Assembly: GCF_006345805.1 (NCBI RefSeq)
Contig: NC_043000.1
Location: forward strand, 118,854,001 to 118,918,000
Origin: Octopus sinensis
Lineage: Eukaryota
Length of the DNA: 64,000 nt
Reading direction: 5' to 3'
Part shown: positions 37,592-51,292 of the stretch, in pieces
Layout of the letters: every line of letters starts with the position of its first letter
Numbering within the stretch: the stretch's first letter is position 1
Program-made: the position numbers and the translations under genes
Notes under the pieces: generated by a model
The model's database searches: none
What the model was told of the DNA's origin: nothing
What the model saw: the letters and a program-made list of their open reading frames with translations, nothing else

Positions 37592-37867
37592 AGGCGCAAT
37601 GGCCCAGTGGTTAGGGCAGCGGACTCGCGATCGTAGGATCGTAGGATCGCAGTTTCGATTCCCAAACCGGCCGTTGTGAGTATTTATTGAGTGAAAACAC
37701 CTAAAGCTCCACGAGGGTTCGCCAGGGGACGGTGGCGAACCCTGCTGTACTCTTTCACAACTTTCATTCTTCCTTCCTGTTTGTCTTGTACCTGTATTTC
37801 AAAGGGCCAGCCTTGTCACTCTCTGCGTCATGCTGAATCTACCCCGAGAAGTACAGAGTGCCACGAC

Positions 37868-37936
<69 letters not shown>

Positions 37937-39134
37937 AAGAAAACTAACAGTAAGATGGAAAATAATGTTTATTTTTGTTTATTTCCTCTTTATTTACATT
38001 TGAAAAGTTTTCTACTTTTTTTTATTAATTAGTTTCTTTTTTATCAGATCCTCACAACAGGAGTGAGTGCGTGCTAAGTAGCTTGCTTACCAACCACATG
38101 GTTCCAGGTTCAGTCCCACTGCGTGGCACCTTGGGCAAGTGTCTTCTACTATTGCTTCGGGCCGACCGAAGCCTTGTGAGTGGATTTTGTAGACGGAAAC
38201 TGAAAGGAGCCCATCGTATATATGTATATATATATATATACATATATGTGAGTGTGTGTGTGTGTGTGTTTGTCCCCCCACCAACATCGCTTGATATGAT
38301 ATGCTTGTGTGTTTACTGTCCCCGTAACTTGGCAGTTCTGCAAAATGAGACCAATAGAATAAGTACCAGGCATACAAAGAATAAGTCCTGGGGTCGATAT
38401 GTATGTATGTATGTGTGTGTATATGTTTGTGTCTCTGTGTTTGTCCCTCTCCCCCAACATCGCTTGACAACCGATGCTGGTGTGTTTACATCCCCGTAAC
38501 TTAGCGGTTCTACAAAAAGAGACCGATACAATAAGTACCAGGCTAACAAAGAATAAGTCCCGAGGTCGATTTGCTCGACTAAAAGGTAGTGCTCCAGCAT
38601 GGCCGCAGTTAAATGACTGAAACAAGTAAAAGAATAAAAAAAAAGACAAATAACCTCACGAATAGTTAATCATTCGATCATTCTGTTTCTCCAGTGAAAT
38701 GCTGTTAAGCTATCGAATTTATTTTCTGCACGTTTATTTTGGTATTACATGTTTGAGCTAGAGTGTTTTCACGTAAATTATATTTAATCTGGGAGTTAAC
38801 GTGAAAGATGATATATGGGACAACACAGTACAAACTTTGACAAAAACCATTAATAGCTGCCCAGGACTGAAGCATTCTCTTGCAACTCTAAGCTTTTATT
38901 ACAATGTTTGCTTGCAGCTTTAAAAAAAGAATTTCAATGAAAGATCGTTGAGGTTTGCTTCAACGTGAATGAACTGATATTGTCATTATCCATAACATAT
39001 GAACTATCCAGAGAAATAGGATTATTACTGGTATATAACTTTACAAGCCCTTGATGTGTAACTAGTTTGATAAGTGGTAACGCACGAAACTCTAAGCCCT
39101 TGAGTCAATCTAATGATAGAGATCACAAAATGCC

Positions 39135-39350
39135 TTTTTAACGAGACGCTACTCCGTGGCGGGGTTACTCATTTACAATCGTATGTACCACACCCTAAGG
39201 ATCGAGACCACAAAACCCCTTTTTAACGAGACGCCAGTCCGTGGCGGGGTTACTTATTTACAATCGTATGTACCACACCCTAAGGATCGAGACCACAAAA
39301 CCCCTTTTTAACGAGACGCCAGTCCGTGGCGGGGTTACTTATTTACAACT
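39135..39350. repeat. 85-bp tandem repeat, about 2.5 copies
   Basis: tttttaacgagacgc at 39135, 39220 and 39305. Confidence 0.9.
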
Positions 39351-40534
39351 TAGTGAACAGGAACATCGTAGAATGAAAGTGTTTTGCTCATTACTGTCCC
39401 CGAGTCTTGGGACTTATAGAACAGGTTACCAATTTCTCTTGACGTCGTTTAACTGATCGAGATCACAACCTCTCCGCTTAAACGGCACACCGGAATATCT
39501 TAAGGTTGCTTATTTACAGCCGTGTGGCCTAGAAGGACACGAGCTGAAGTGTTTTGCTCAAGAATACAACGTACTCCCGGTTCGATAATCGACCCCAAAC
39601 TACAATCTATTTACCACACCCTAAGCACTAGGTTCGTGCCTTTGTAGTGACGTTATACAACAGTGCGCGCGCGCAACGTCATTTTCAGTGTGCGGGTGCG
39701 GAACGTCCTTCTTCAGTGTGCGTGTTGCGGGGTTGGAGCCTTCTGGAAAGGCAGAAGGGAAGTGCCTTCTCGGACATGCGCGAAGACTGAAGAGGAATTG
39801 CTGATGTGGCATTAGCTGATAGGCGAGGGACAGCGTTCCCTTAACAAGGGCACAGAGAGACACGCATAGCAGCAGTAGCAGATCGCCTTCATACGAGATT
39901 GTGGCAGACCTATTTTCTCCGCTGTCTCTGGACGCTAAGATTTGACCTGCTCTGTTTTGCTGCTGAACTTGTTGTAAGATTCTTACAAGTGTTAAAGTTC
40001 AGCCTTGCCACACCAGAACCAAGTGGATACCAATATACCACCTTACTTCTTTCTGTGAATAAGAAAATAAAGAATATATATATATATTTTAAGGTTGCGT
40101 TCGTGTTCCTTGACTGGTAGATTCTGGAAATTAAAGAACGGAAATTGTGTTGCACCTGAGTTGCACCCCAAAAGTGTAAGAAGCAACGAGTTCCCGTTAC
40201 ACCTTCAAATGATCCAATCAGCTTATTTCTAAAGGAGTGTCAGAGTTCTTAATTAAAGCTAGGTGTACGGGGTTATTTTAAAACCAACTGACCATATAAG
40301 CCTGCTGTGGCAACAACTCGGATAGAGATAAGCGTTACCAAAATGACTTCGTGGCAACATTTTGTCCGTCTTTGCGTTCTCGGCTCAAATTCCATTGAAT
40401 TTCCTTTCATCCTTTCGGGGGTTGATGAAATAAGTACCAGTCAAATACTGGGGTCGATTTAATCAACTTAGCCCCTCCCTCCCTCCCCCACGAGATTGCT
40501 AGTTTTCTGCTAAAATTTGTTTATTATTATTATT

Positions 40535-40914
40535 GAGTGAGAGAGCAGTGCATGCCATCAAAGTGACACTGGGGTAAAATATACGAAGCCCAATATACCC
40601 ATCATGACTACCCGTCTGATAAGGGTACACCAGGCACATGCATCACAACCATATGTGCGCGACATGGTAATCTCATATCAAGATAAACAGCACATGACCT
40701 TGCAGGTGGGGGGCCCAGTTAGAATTTTCTTCAGGTTGAGTAGCCCATCCCGCTCAAAAGGTCCCTGAATAAGGGTTGTTTAAGGATGTTGAAAGAACCA
40801 CCCATGTTTCCAGAGGTGAATTATTCAAACCCCAAAGAATCCCTCTCAACACATGGCTATGATGCTCCCCCACTACTTCTGCTCGTGATCAGAGATGCAC
40901 ATATCGTCAGCCAC

Positions 40915-40946
<32 letters not shown>

Positions 40947-41510
40947 TATTATTATTATTATTATTATTATCATTGAGTGAGTGAGAGAGCAGTGCATGCC
41001 ATCAAAGTGACACTGGAGTAAAATATACGAAGCCCAGTATACCCATCTGATAAGGGTACATCAGGCACATGCATCACAACCATATGTGCGCTACATGGTG
41101 ATCTCATATCGACATAAACAGCGCATACCTTGCAGGTGGGGCCCAGTTAGAATTTTCTTCTGGTTGAGTAGCCCATCCCGCTCAAAAGGTCCCTGAATAA
41201 GGGCTGTTTAAGGATGTTGAACGAAACACCCATGTTTCCAGAGGTGAATTATTCAAACCCCAAAGAATTCCTCTAATTTCATGGCTATGATGCTCCCCAA
41301 CTATTTCTGCTCGTGATCAAAGATGCACATATCGTCAACCACTAAGGGACATGCTCAACTGGTTAAGGTCAAACAACTGACAAGCAAATCTGTGGTATCG
41401 AGCAGAATATTTGCTGTAACCCAACTTTTATACCAAGACATAACAATGTACATGATAACACTTCCAATCAGTTAAGATCAGAAGCCACGATAGCTACTGT
41501 CTGGTACTGC
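40535..41510. mobile_element. Two copies of the (TAA)n-associated repeat separated by (TTA)n
   Basis: Each begins (tta)n-gagtgagagagcagtgcatgccatc. Confidence 0.85.
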
Positions 41511-43211
41511 ATATTAATAATAATAATAATTATTATTATTATTCGCTCTTGTGGGTTCGGGTCACAATTGTCACGCAGTCCATAAACATGACCTAGTTAT
41601 CTGTCATCTGACAGCAAACATGATAAGGTTTAATCAAACGTTTATTGTAACTAAAGAGCCTCAAACAGAGTTAAACAGCCACTCTTTGATTACGAGACAT
41701 TCTCCTTGACTCTCTAATCTATAACTTTTAATTCTAACATTATTATAATATTTCAGCGTCTTTTCAAGTACCTAACCAATTAATACCAATTAATTCTCGT
41801 GTTTACTGATTATGCAAGCAATCATTGCCTATTTATTTATTTGGTTAAGAAACTTTATCTTGCAGTTAAAATGTCTTTATTTTTTATCAGAGCTACTTGA
41901 CTCATCGAAGAGCTGGTTGTTATCTTTTATCTTTTACATCTTTCAGTCATTAGACTACGGCCATGCTGGGGTACCGCCTTAAGGAATTTTAATCGAATGA
42001 ATAGATTCCAGGACTTTTTCCCTTTTTTCAAGGCTGTTGCTTATTCCATCAGGTCTCATTTTGCCTTGCCGAACCACTAGGCTATGGCGGCGTAAACTTA
42101 ACCAACACTGGTTGTCAATCGATGATGCGGGGACAAACACAGATACAAGGACACACACACACACACATATATCTACGAGGTGGTTTCAAAATGTTCCCGG
42201 ACTAGTTCTGGGCAAGACTTCTGCCCGTCCCCTACCCAAAACCACCCTTTTTGAAAAATTTTATTTTTTTCGACACAATCCCACACCCTCTTTTTGATTA
42301 CGGGGAATACGAATCTGAAAAAAAATTGGCAAAAATCGGCATCTTAAAATTAACCTCACCTCCATTCCCTTCATTTTTTTACTTTTTTTCAGAAATTCTT
42401 TGTTTTTTCAAAATATGCGGAAAATACGGACATTATGATTCTGAAAAATATTTCCAAAAATTTTTGTAAAATTTGAAAAAGAAAAAATTTTTTTTTCTAA
42501 ATACGCGGAAAAATACGGACATTATGATTCGGACAAAAATTTCACTTCGAAGGAATGAAAGGCAACGGTGACCTCTGCGAGATTTGAACTCAGAATGTGT
42601 GTGTGTGTGTGTTTCTATGCATGTGTGTCCTTGTGTTTGTGTTTATCCGCCCCCACTATCACTTGACAACCGGTGTTGGTTTGTTTACGTCTTCGCAAGT
42701 TAGCAATTCGGCAAAAGATGCCGATAAAATAGATATCAGACTTGAAAAAAAAAAAAAAGCTCCAGGATCGATTTCTTCGGCTAAACTTCAACTAAATTCC
42801 TCGGCGGAATCGGAACTCAGAACGTAAAGTCGGACGAAATGCCGCTAAGCATTGTGCTCCAGCATGGCCGTGGTCCAATGACTGAAAGAAAATAAAAGAG
42901 AAAAGTTTACCGGGCGTCATTTTCACAAACGTATTCATGACATCAAATGCACTAAAGATTAATTATCCCATCCATTTTTTTAATACTTGTTTCAGTCATT
43001 GGACGGCGGCCATGCTGGGGCGCCAACTTCAAGTGTCGCGTCGAACAAATCGACTCTGCTCGTTTTTTTTTTTTAGATTTGATACATATTGATTCGATGC
43101 TCTTTATCCGAGCCGCGAAGCTACGAGAACGTAAACAAACCAACACCGGTTGTCAAGAGTTGGGTGGGGACAAGCACAAGCATAAGATACACACACACAC
43201 ACACACATATG

Positions 43212-43264
<53 letters not shown>

Positions 43265-43407
43265 ACAAAATGGGACAAGAACGCAAAACACTCAAAGAGA
43301 CGACACAAAAAACGGACGGGTCATTCGAAGCCTCTAATCTTCAGTCAAGAACCGGATCATCCTCGCAATTTCGGCTGATTTGCGGCGTAACGTACATCTT
43401 GTTCTCT

Positions 43408-43473
<66 letters not shown>

Positions 43474-43941
43474 ATATATGTATACACGACGGGCTTCCAT
43501 ACAGTTTCCGTCTACCAAATCCACCCACAAGGTATTAGGTAGCTCGGGGCTGTAGTGGAAGACGCTTGCTTAAGTTGCCGTAGAATGGGACTGAACTCGA
43601 AACCATGTGATTGCAAAGCGCACTCTCGAACCACACAAAAATGCTAAGAGTAAAAGATGTTTTATATGACACATTCTACTAGTGTCCGAAGTTTGAAAGT
43701 GTTTAGTTACAAAAAAATATTTTTTAAATCTGTAGGTCAAAAGGTAAAGGTCCCAATTTTGTTCAGTATAAATCTTGTAGGTAGAGATCATCGCTTGACC
43801 ACTTATATATCCCCAATGTTTACTTCTGGTGAAATTTGCAGCAGTCCATCGATGCAGGCCTTTGAAAAATATCGTTTCCTCCAAACAACTGGACCAAGTG
43901 TCCCTGAAAAACCGCACACATATCTATGGCCCGTCGAAATT

Positions 43942-44347
43942 GGGATCTTTTCGTTTTGAACGGCAGTTTTTTAAAATAATTTCCACGTAACTAAACACTT
44001 TTAAACTTCGTATACTGGTAGAATGTGTTCATAAAACATCTTTTTCTCTTGGCTTTATTGAGAAAATTCTATAGTTTGTAAGATATTTGTTGTTGTTTTT
44101 CCTCAATTACTGCAATTTCAACCAATCAATGACGTCTATTGAAGTGAAAACATTCTGTGCCGTGTGAATATGTCCCTCGTTTAAGAAACAGATTGGGTTT
44201 ATTTACATTTCTGAAGAAAAAAGATACCCTTCCCCCCACCCCTAAAACAGATTGAAATGCAATAGATCGATACTAGGGTCATAATTATGGGTGACAATTT
44301 CATATGACACCGCTAGAAAAAACTGCCGTTCAAACCGAAAAGATCCC
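43942..44347. mobile_element. Non-autonomous TIR element with 6-bp TSD, related to 2697-3586
   Basis: gggatcttttcgttttgaacggcagttttt / aaaaactgccgttcaaaccgaaaagatccc; GAAATT on both flanks. Confidence 0.88.
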
Positions 44348-46932
44348 GAAATTGAATTGTGACATTGTTTCTATGTTGCATCTGTTAACACTTGGGTACA
44401 ACAGAGATCAATGAATTTCATGCTAAACGTAGAGGGTGAAATAAATTATCTTTACAATTTAAAACATTGAGAAAAAAAAATTAAAAATAAGGATAACTCA
44501 GCAGAGATTATTGAAAAATAGAGGCAAACAAATGAAGCTTTATTAGAAATAATTCCTCGTTAGCTCCATTGGTTCCACGCAATGAACAGATGCAATAATT
44601 TGTGGAAGTTGTTAAGAGAATTTATGGACGCTCTGCATATCTCCTCTGGTATATTTCTGTGTCCGATTATATTTTCATACTCTTTTATCCGAAGTCAACG
44701 GTTTCCATGGCCAAATTAAACATTCTCTGTTGATATTAGTCTTCGTTCATCTAACCACATCGACATCATTCAATTTGGAGCCACGAAGGCTGCAGGCTCT
44801 GCATTTCCTATTAGGCTTAAATAAATATATGAAAAAGATACATTAAAAATAATACTTTAATATTACTTAACCATTGCTTAATTCAGTATGTGGTACCATA
44901 TTCGCTGTGAAGTACTTCTGTGCTAAAGAATGCTAAATTATTAGAGAACGAGAAAGAGGAGAAACGAGGTCGGGAAGGACAGAAAAAGCAATTGCTCGAC
45001 TATTACAAAATAAATATTAGGCAGTCGGATAGATTCGTTCGTTTTTCTCTACGTGCTATCCCAGTGTCATATGTCTGAAGAAAAAATTTCGAAACGATAA
45101 ACAAAAATTGTGCAAAAAGAACAGAATTTTAAAAACAAAAACACTACGATTTTTTTGATGGCGTTATTTCAAATAAGAATGTAATGGATTCAAGATAAAA
45201 TATTTTTAAAGATATCAAGAAAAAAAGAAGAGGAAGGGCGAGCAAATTTATGTGAGAACAATAATATATCTGAACTGGATCAGTTATGTTCGCTGTAAAT
45301 AAGCATAGTTATTTTCTTTATTGACTGACTAGAGACAATAAACTGCAATTGGAGAACCTCTTTAGAATGAACGTATCATACATTCTTTTAATCTGAAATT
45401 CAATTGGATGTGCATTCTGGCATGTCTCTCTACCTCGTCTTTTTTTTTTCTAGGTCATCGACATGCAGATTTTATACGTCAAATACCACTCCCAGCAGAT
45501 AAAATTACCTTTTGTACATTCAACCGAATCCATTCGGTTGAATGACTTTGGTGAATAACTTAGGTGGAGCCGAGAAAGTTTATTGACCCTGTACTCACTA
45601 CTAAAATTAAGTAAATATTTCAGTCACTGGAATGCGGCCAAGCTGGAACACCGCTTTATAGAGTTTAACCAAAGTTTGGTACTTATTCCATCAGGATCTT
45701 CTGTCGAACTGCTAAATTGCGGTAGCATAAACAAACCAGCATCGGTTGTCAAGCGATGATGGTGAAACAAACATAAATATAGACACACACATATATACTT
45801 TTATATATGTTAGGGTTGTACGAGGGGCTTCTGTTTACCAAATTCACTTACAAGACATTGGTCGGCTCTTGACTATAGAAGACACGTACCTAAGGTGCCG
45901 CGCAGTGGGACTGAACTCGCAACCACGTGGTTACAAAGTGAGTTTCTTCATAACACAGACATGCACATATATGTGTGCCTATCTCTCTATGTATGTATGT
46001 ATGTATGTATGTATGTATGTATGTATGTATGTATGTATGTGTGTGTGTGTGTGTCTATGTTTGTCCCCCCAACATCGCTTGACAACCGATTCTGGTGTGT
46101 TTACGTACCCGTAACATAGCGGTTCGGCAAAAAGATACCGATAGAATAAGTGCTAGGCTTACAAAGAATAAGTCCTGGGGTCGATTTTTACCCGACTAAA
46201 AGGTGGTGCTCCATCATGGCCACAGCCAAATGGCTGAAACAAGTAAAAGAAAAGAAAGAATAAAGAAAAAACCGTTCTGTTTCTTCTTCACGGATTTTCA
46301 CCTATCGCGGGGTGGGGTGGATTTTGGAACATAACGCCCGCGATAGTCGAGGCATTACTGTATAATCATAGCATTATTTCAGCTCGTTTTTGCTTTGTTT
46401 TTTTCTCTTGTATACACAACCAATTAATTGTTTTGCGGTATGGAGGCGATTACGCAAACCACAAGCAATCATTGCCCCTTTGTTTACATGTTTATTGATG
46501 TGTTTGTTTCCGTTTAAGGAACTCTCCTCTCCTCTCTCTCTACCCCTCTCTCTTTTTCTTTCACTCACTCTCATTTATCTTAGTTATCACCGAAGATATT
46601 TGACTCGTAGAAGGAGCGGTTAGTAGCTTTTTTGAGAATAGCTTATTTATAAAACTAACTTACAAGTTGACCTCACAATAGCTACAACAATTGTCCTCTC
46701 CCCCACCACTGCTGCTGTTGCTGCTGCTGCTGCTACTGCTGCCGTTACCATAGTTCTCTTTGCTAAAAGTTAATTCCTGCAGATTGCAGTTTGCCCTAGA
46801 TATATCACCAACGACATCATTCTAATTTTTACCCTTTCATGTAATGTTATATTGTCGCATAGTACTGCTATGCAGTTTTTTACTCAAATCTGTGACCGTT
46901 GTTATAACTGCCTTCCCCTCCCTCTCCCCCCG

Positions 46933-46989
<57 letters not shown>

Positions 46990-47089
46990 ATTCACTCTTA
47001 CTGTCAGTCCTATTCATTTGCTTATGTGTGGATGGATGGATGAAGGGAGGGATAGGTGGATAGATGGAGGTACGCATGTACGTATATTA

Positions 47090-47945
47090 AAGCGGCGAGC
47101 TGGCAGAATCGTTTTAAGTACTCGGTGAGCTGGCAGAAACGTTAGCACGCCGGGCGAAATGCTAAGCGGTATTTCGTCTGCGTTACGTTGTGAGTTCAAA
47201 TTCCGCCGAGGTCGACTTTGCCTTTCATCCTTTCGGGGTCGATAAATTAAGTACCAGTTACGCACTGGGGTCGATGTAATCGACTTAATACCTATGTCTG
47301 TTCTTGTTTGTCCCCTCCGTGTTTAGCCCCTTGTGGGTAATAAAGAAATAGGTATTTCGTCTGCAGTTACGTTCTAAGTTCAAATTCCGCCGAGGTCGAC
47401 TTTGCCTTTCATCATTTCGGGGTCAATAAATTAAGTACCAGTTACGCACTGGGGTCGATGTAATCGACTTAATCCGTTTGTCTGTCCTTGTTTGTTCTCT
47501 CTGTATTTAGCCCCGTGTGGGTAGTAAAGAAATAGGTATTTCGACTGCCATTACGTTCTGAATGCAAATTCCACCGAGGTCGATTTTGCATTTCATCCGT
47601 TCGAGGTCGATAAATTAAGTACCAGTTGCGTTCTGGAGTTGATCTAATCGACTGGACCCCACCCTCAAAATTTCAGGCCTTATGTCTAGAGCAGAAAAGA
47701 ATATCTGATACTGTGGAAAGGCGGCGAGCTGGCAAAAACGTTAGCACGCCGGGCGAAATGCGTAGCCGTATTTCGTCTGCCGTTACGTTCTGAGTTCAAA
47801 TTCCGCCGAGGTCGACTTTGCCTTTCATCCTTTCGGAGTCGATAAATTAAGTGCCAGTTGTGCACTGGAGTCGATATAACCAACTTAATCCTTTTGTCTG
47901 TCCTTGTTTGTCCCCTCTATGTTTAGCCCCTTGTGGGCAACAAAA
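47090..47945 (+). mobile_element. SINE B array (head-bearing unit, two headless units, then a new full copy)
   Basis: Junction aaagaaatag|gtatttcg at about 47351 and 47535. Confidence 0.9.
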
Positions 47946-48312
47946 AAATAAGAATCGTTTTATGTACGCTGGAAAAAAATGCTTCCAAGCGTTTGTCTGT
48001 CTTTACGTTCTGAGTTCAAATTTCCCTGAGGTCGACTTTTCCTATCATTATTTTGGGGTCGATGAAATAAGTATCATTTGAGCATTAGGGATCGATGTAA
48101 TTAACTAATCTACTACAAAATTTCATTCCTTGACCTATTGTAGAAAGGATACATGTCTGTGTGTATGTGTATAATATATATCTATATATATATATGTGTG
48201 TGTGTATGTGATATATATATATATATATATATATGCACGTCTACATATATGTGTGTGTATGTGTATAATATATAGCTATATATATATATGTGTGTGTGTG
48301 TAATATATATGC

Positions 48313-48369
<57 letters not shown>

Positions 48370-49186
48370 ACTCAACTTTGCATGTAACCTTGAACCATAT
48401 TTTCTTACCAGCTCCTGAATGAATGAAATGAACTAACCATGCCCTTTTAAGTTTTATTACCAAAGCATTGATTAAATCAAGTAAATAAACCAAAGATCAC
48501 ATTTTATGTTGACTCAAACTTCAAACATATCGAATTGGATTAATTGTTTTTTCCTGAATTGTTGCTTGCTCTGTCAAAGCATACATCTAAACCTGTTTGA
48601 CAAGTTACATAGCTTAACAAAAAAATAATAATTCCATTGCTGCGGGTTAGTAATCTCTTATTATAAAAGGCAGATTGTATCTGCCTCCCTTTGTCTCTTA
48701 TAGAAATCTACAATATAGGATTTCTTCAATTACAATTTACCTAGCATTTTTAAGAGTAGAATGCATCGGGTCGTGCCAGGTCCAGTTTTTAAAACTTCAA
48801 CCCCAATTAAGCAAAATTTAGAGAAAACTCACATTGTGGTGTCTAAGTCAAGTGCTTTTCTTAGTGTGGGCTACAGCACACGCACACGCACACACACATA
48901 AACGGAGCGAACTGTTTCACTGATGCTTTCACCCTAATTTCTCCTCTTTGCAAGTGTGCAACGATTAAAGTGAAAGTAATTCACTTTTTGTAGTGAGTGA
49001 CTCTTTCACTCTGCATTCCCACTTCCTCTTTACACACATAGACACGCAAATATATAAATAAAATTGTAAGCTAACGTGTGTGTGTGTGTGTGTGTGCGTG
49101 TGTGTGAGTGTGTGTGTATGCGTGTGTGTGTGTGTGAGGGTGCGTGTGTGTGTGTGTGTGTGCGTGTGTGTGAGTGTGTGACAGGA

Positions 49187-49702
49187 AAGTTTTTTAGGAC
49201 GAATATAAGATCTAAAGTTATCTCTAAGTAGCACAAAGATCGCCCAAAAGTGTATATAGATATTTAAATGTATTTATATATTCATCTATACACAGATGTA
49301 TGTATAATGTGTGTGTATATATTTCCATAGACGTAACCATTCACTCCGCACAAAGTTTTTTAGGACGAAAATAAGATCTAAAGTTATCTCTAAGTAGCAC
49401 AAAGATCCCCCAAAAGTGTATATAGATATATAAATGTATTTATATATTCATCTATGTACACATGTATGTATAACGTGTGTGTATATATTTCCATAGAGGT
49501 AACCATTCACTCCATACAAAGTTTTTTAGGACGAAAATAAGATCTAAAGTTATCTCTAAGTAGCACAGAGATCGCCCAAAAGTGTATATAGATATTTAAA
49601 TGTATTTATATATTCATCTATACACACATGTATGTATAATGTGCGTGTATATATTTCCATAGAAGTAACCATTCAATCCATACAAAGTTTTTTAGGACGA
49701 AA
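49187..49702. repeat. 166-bp tandem repeat, about 3.1 copies
   Basis: aagttttttaggacgaa at 49187, 49353, 49519 and 49685. Confidence 0.92.
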
Positions 49703-49705
49703 ATA

Positions 49706-50547
49706 TTTATATATAAAAGAAAGGTTGTGTGTCTGTCTACTCCGATTTAGATTCCTAACTACTCCAACATTTTGCGATGCAGTTTAACCAAAACCGGGTA
49801 TCTTATAGTCGTGATTCATATCGAGCCCTTCTGGGTATTAGCGCGCGTCTACGATGAGTCTATGATTTTACAAATAATTTACCATCATTTTTTCCATTTT
49901 AATGCATATTTTTAAATAAAGGGAAGTAACTCTCAAACTTCACACCAATATGCGTGCTCATATGCGACGTAATATCACATCAGCAGCATTTCCTCACACC
50001 CTCCTTGCACTTGGCGAAGGCAAAATACCAGGGGATGAAAATGGTAATATTGCCATCGATTCCATTTGTACCATTGTTACGACGCCTTCTGATCGCAGAA
50101 ATGCAGTGTTCCCAGATCTACAAGCTAATTATCAGAATATGGATTGGATTGGCAAAAAGGCTATACTGGCCCCGAGGAATAAAACTGTTCACCATATTAA
50201 TGATGAAATGCTAAAACTCATTCCTGGGGAAGTCTATGCATATCAGTCTATCGATACAACTCCTGACCCAGAGGACGTCATCAACTATCCAATAGAGGTA
50301 CTCAATTCCTTTGAGCACCCCGGACTACCACCACACTTTCTCAAACTTAAAGTTGGTGCCCCTATAATGCTCATCAGAAATTTGGTTCCCCCAAAACAAT
50401 GCAATGGCACACGTTTGATCGTTAAGTCCTTATCTCCCACCGTAAACTTATATCAATATTTGCCTGAATAATCATCATAATTCAGTGCAATCATTAACAG
50501 TACTTTCAAGCAATTCAGCCCCGAGCAACGCCGGGCAATTCTGCTAG
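49706..50547 (+). mobile_element. Deleted Helitron carrying a PIF1 helicase fragment
   Basis: ORF 49950-50471 (AILAPRNKTVHHIN...LKLKVGAPIMLIRNL...CNGTRL); 3' hairpin gcccc-gagcaacgc-cgggc then CTAG|T at 50544-50548. Confidence 0.9.
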
Positions 50548-51292
50548 TCTGGTTATAAAGATGCGATGAAATTTTTCGCCACTTCAGAGTAAGCAGTACT
50601 AGAATTCAATAAATTGAAAATAAATGTAAAAGATTTTTGAGTGATTTGATACAGCTAAAGTGAAGTCGCGTGATCTACTGGTTAGGAAGTTGTACTCATG
50701 ATCGCTAGATTGTGGTTTCGATTCCTGGACCGGACTGTATCGTTCGCTTAGTGAAATTCTCTCTCTCTCTCTCTCTCTCTCTGTTATATATAACATAAAT
50801 ACGGACGTAGCTGATAACAGCTAACCTTCGGCCGCTTGGACCCTGTTGTGTCCACTACTCTGATTGGTTGGTATTGACACGAGTTATTCAAGCTGCAGAG
50901 TATAGTCGTGTATTTTGGAGATATGGAGTAAGGAAAAGACGCATGCCTCTGAGAGGCTACAAAGTTTGAAGAAGTCTGTTTCTGGTCTACAACAGAAAAG
51001 AATTAGAATTGAAAAAGAAAATGTGCGACTAGTAAAAAGACGAGTAACTGAAAAACAATTGAACCTTTGAGCAAACTCCAAAAAGAATAATCAAGAATGA
51101 CAAGGTAAAGATACTGTGGGACATACTAATCCAATGAGATCATGAAATTGAACTTCGAAAGTTGGATATGGTGGTTGCGAATGAAGAGTTTAAAATCTGT
51201 TAGTAGATATTGCATGTCCTGGTACTAACAGAGTATCGGAAAGAAAAGAACAGCAGATCAGATATGGAATTGGAAGATGGAAACAAAAAAGA

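Noticed and set aside
40540-40610. HDV-like or twister fold at the end of the (TAA)n-associated repeat
   Set aside because: CAGUG/CACUG pairs, but the required pseudoknot pairings could not be found by eye.
43325-43360. Hammerhead-like CUGAAGA...CGAAUGACCCGUC on the minus strand (homologue near 2612-2645)
   Set aside because: GAAU instead of GAAA, no consistent stem II, and no stem I pairing in either copy.
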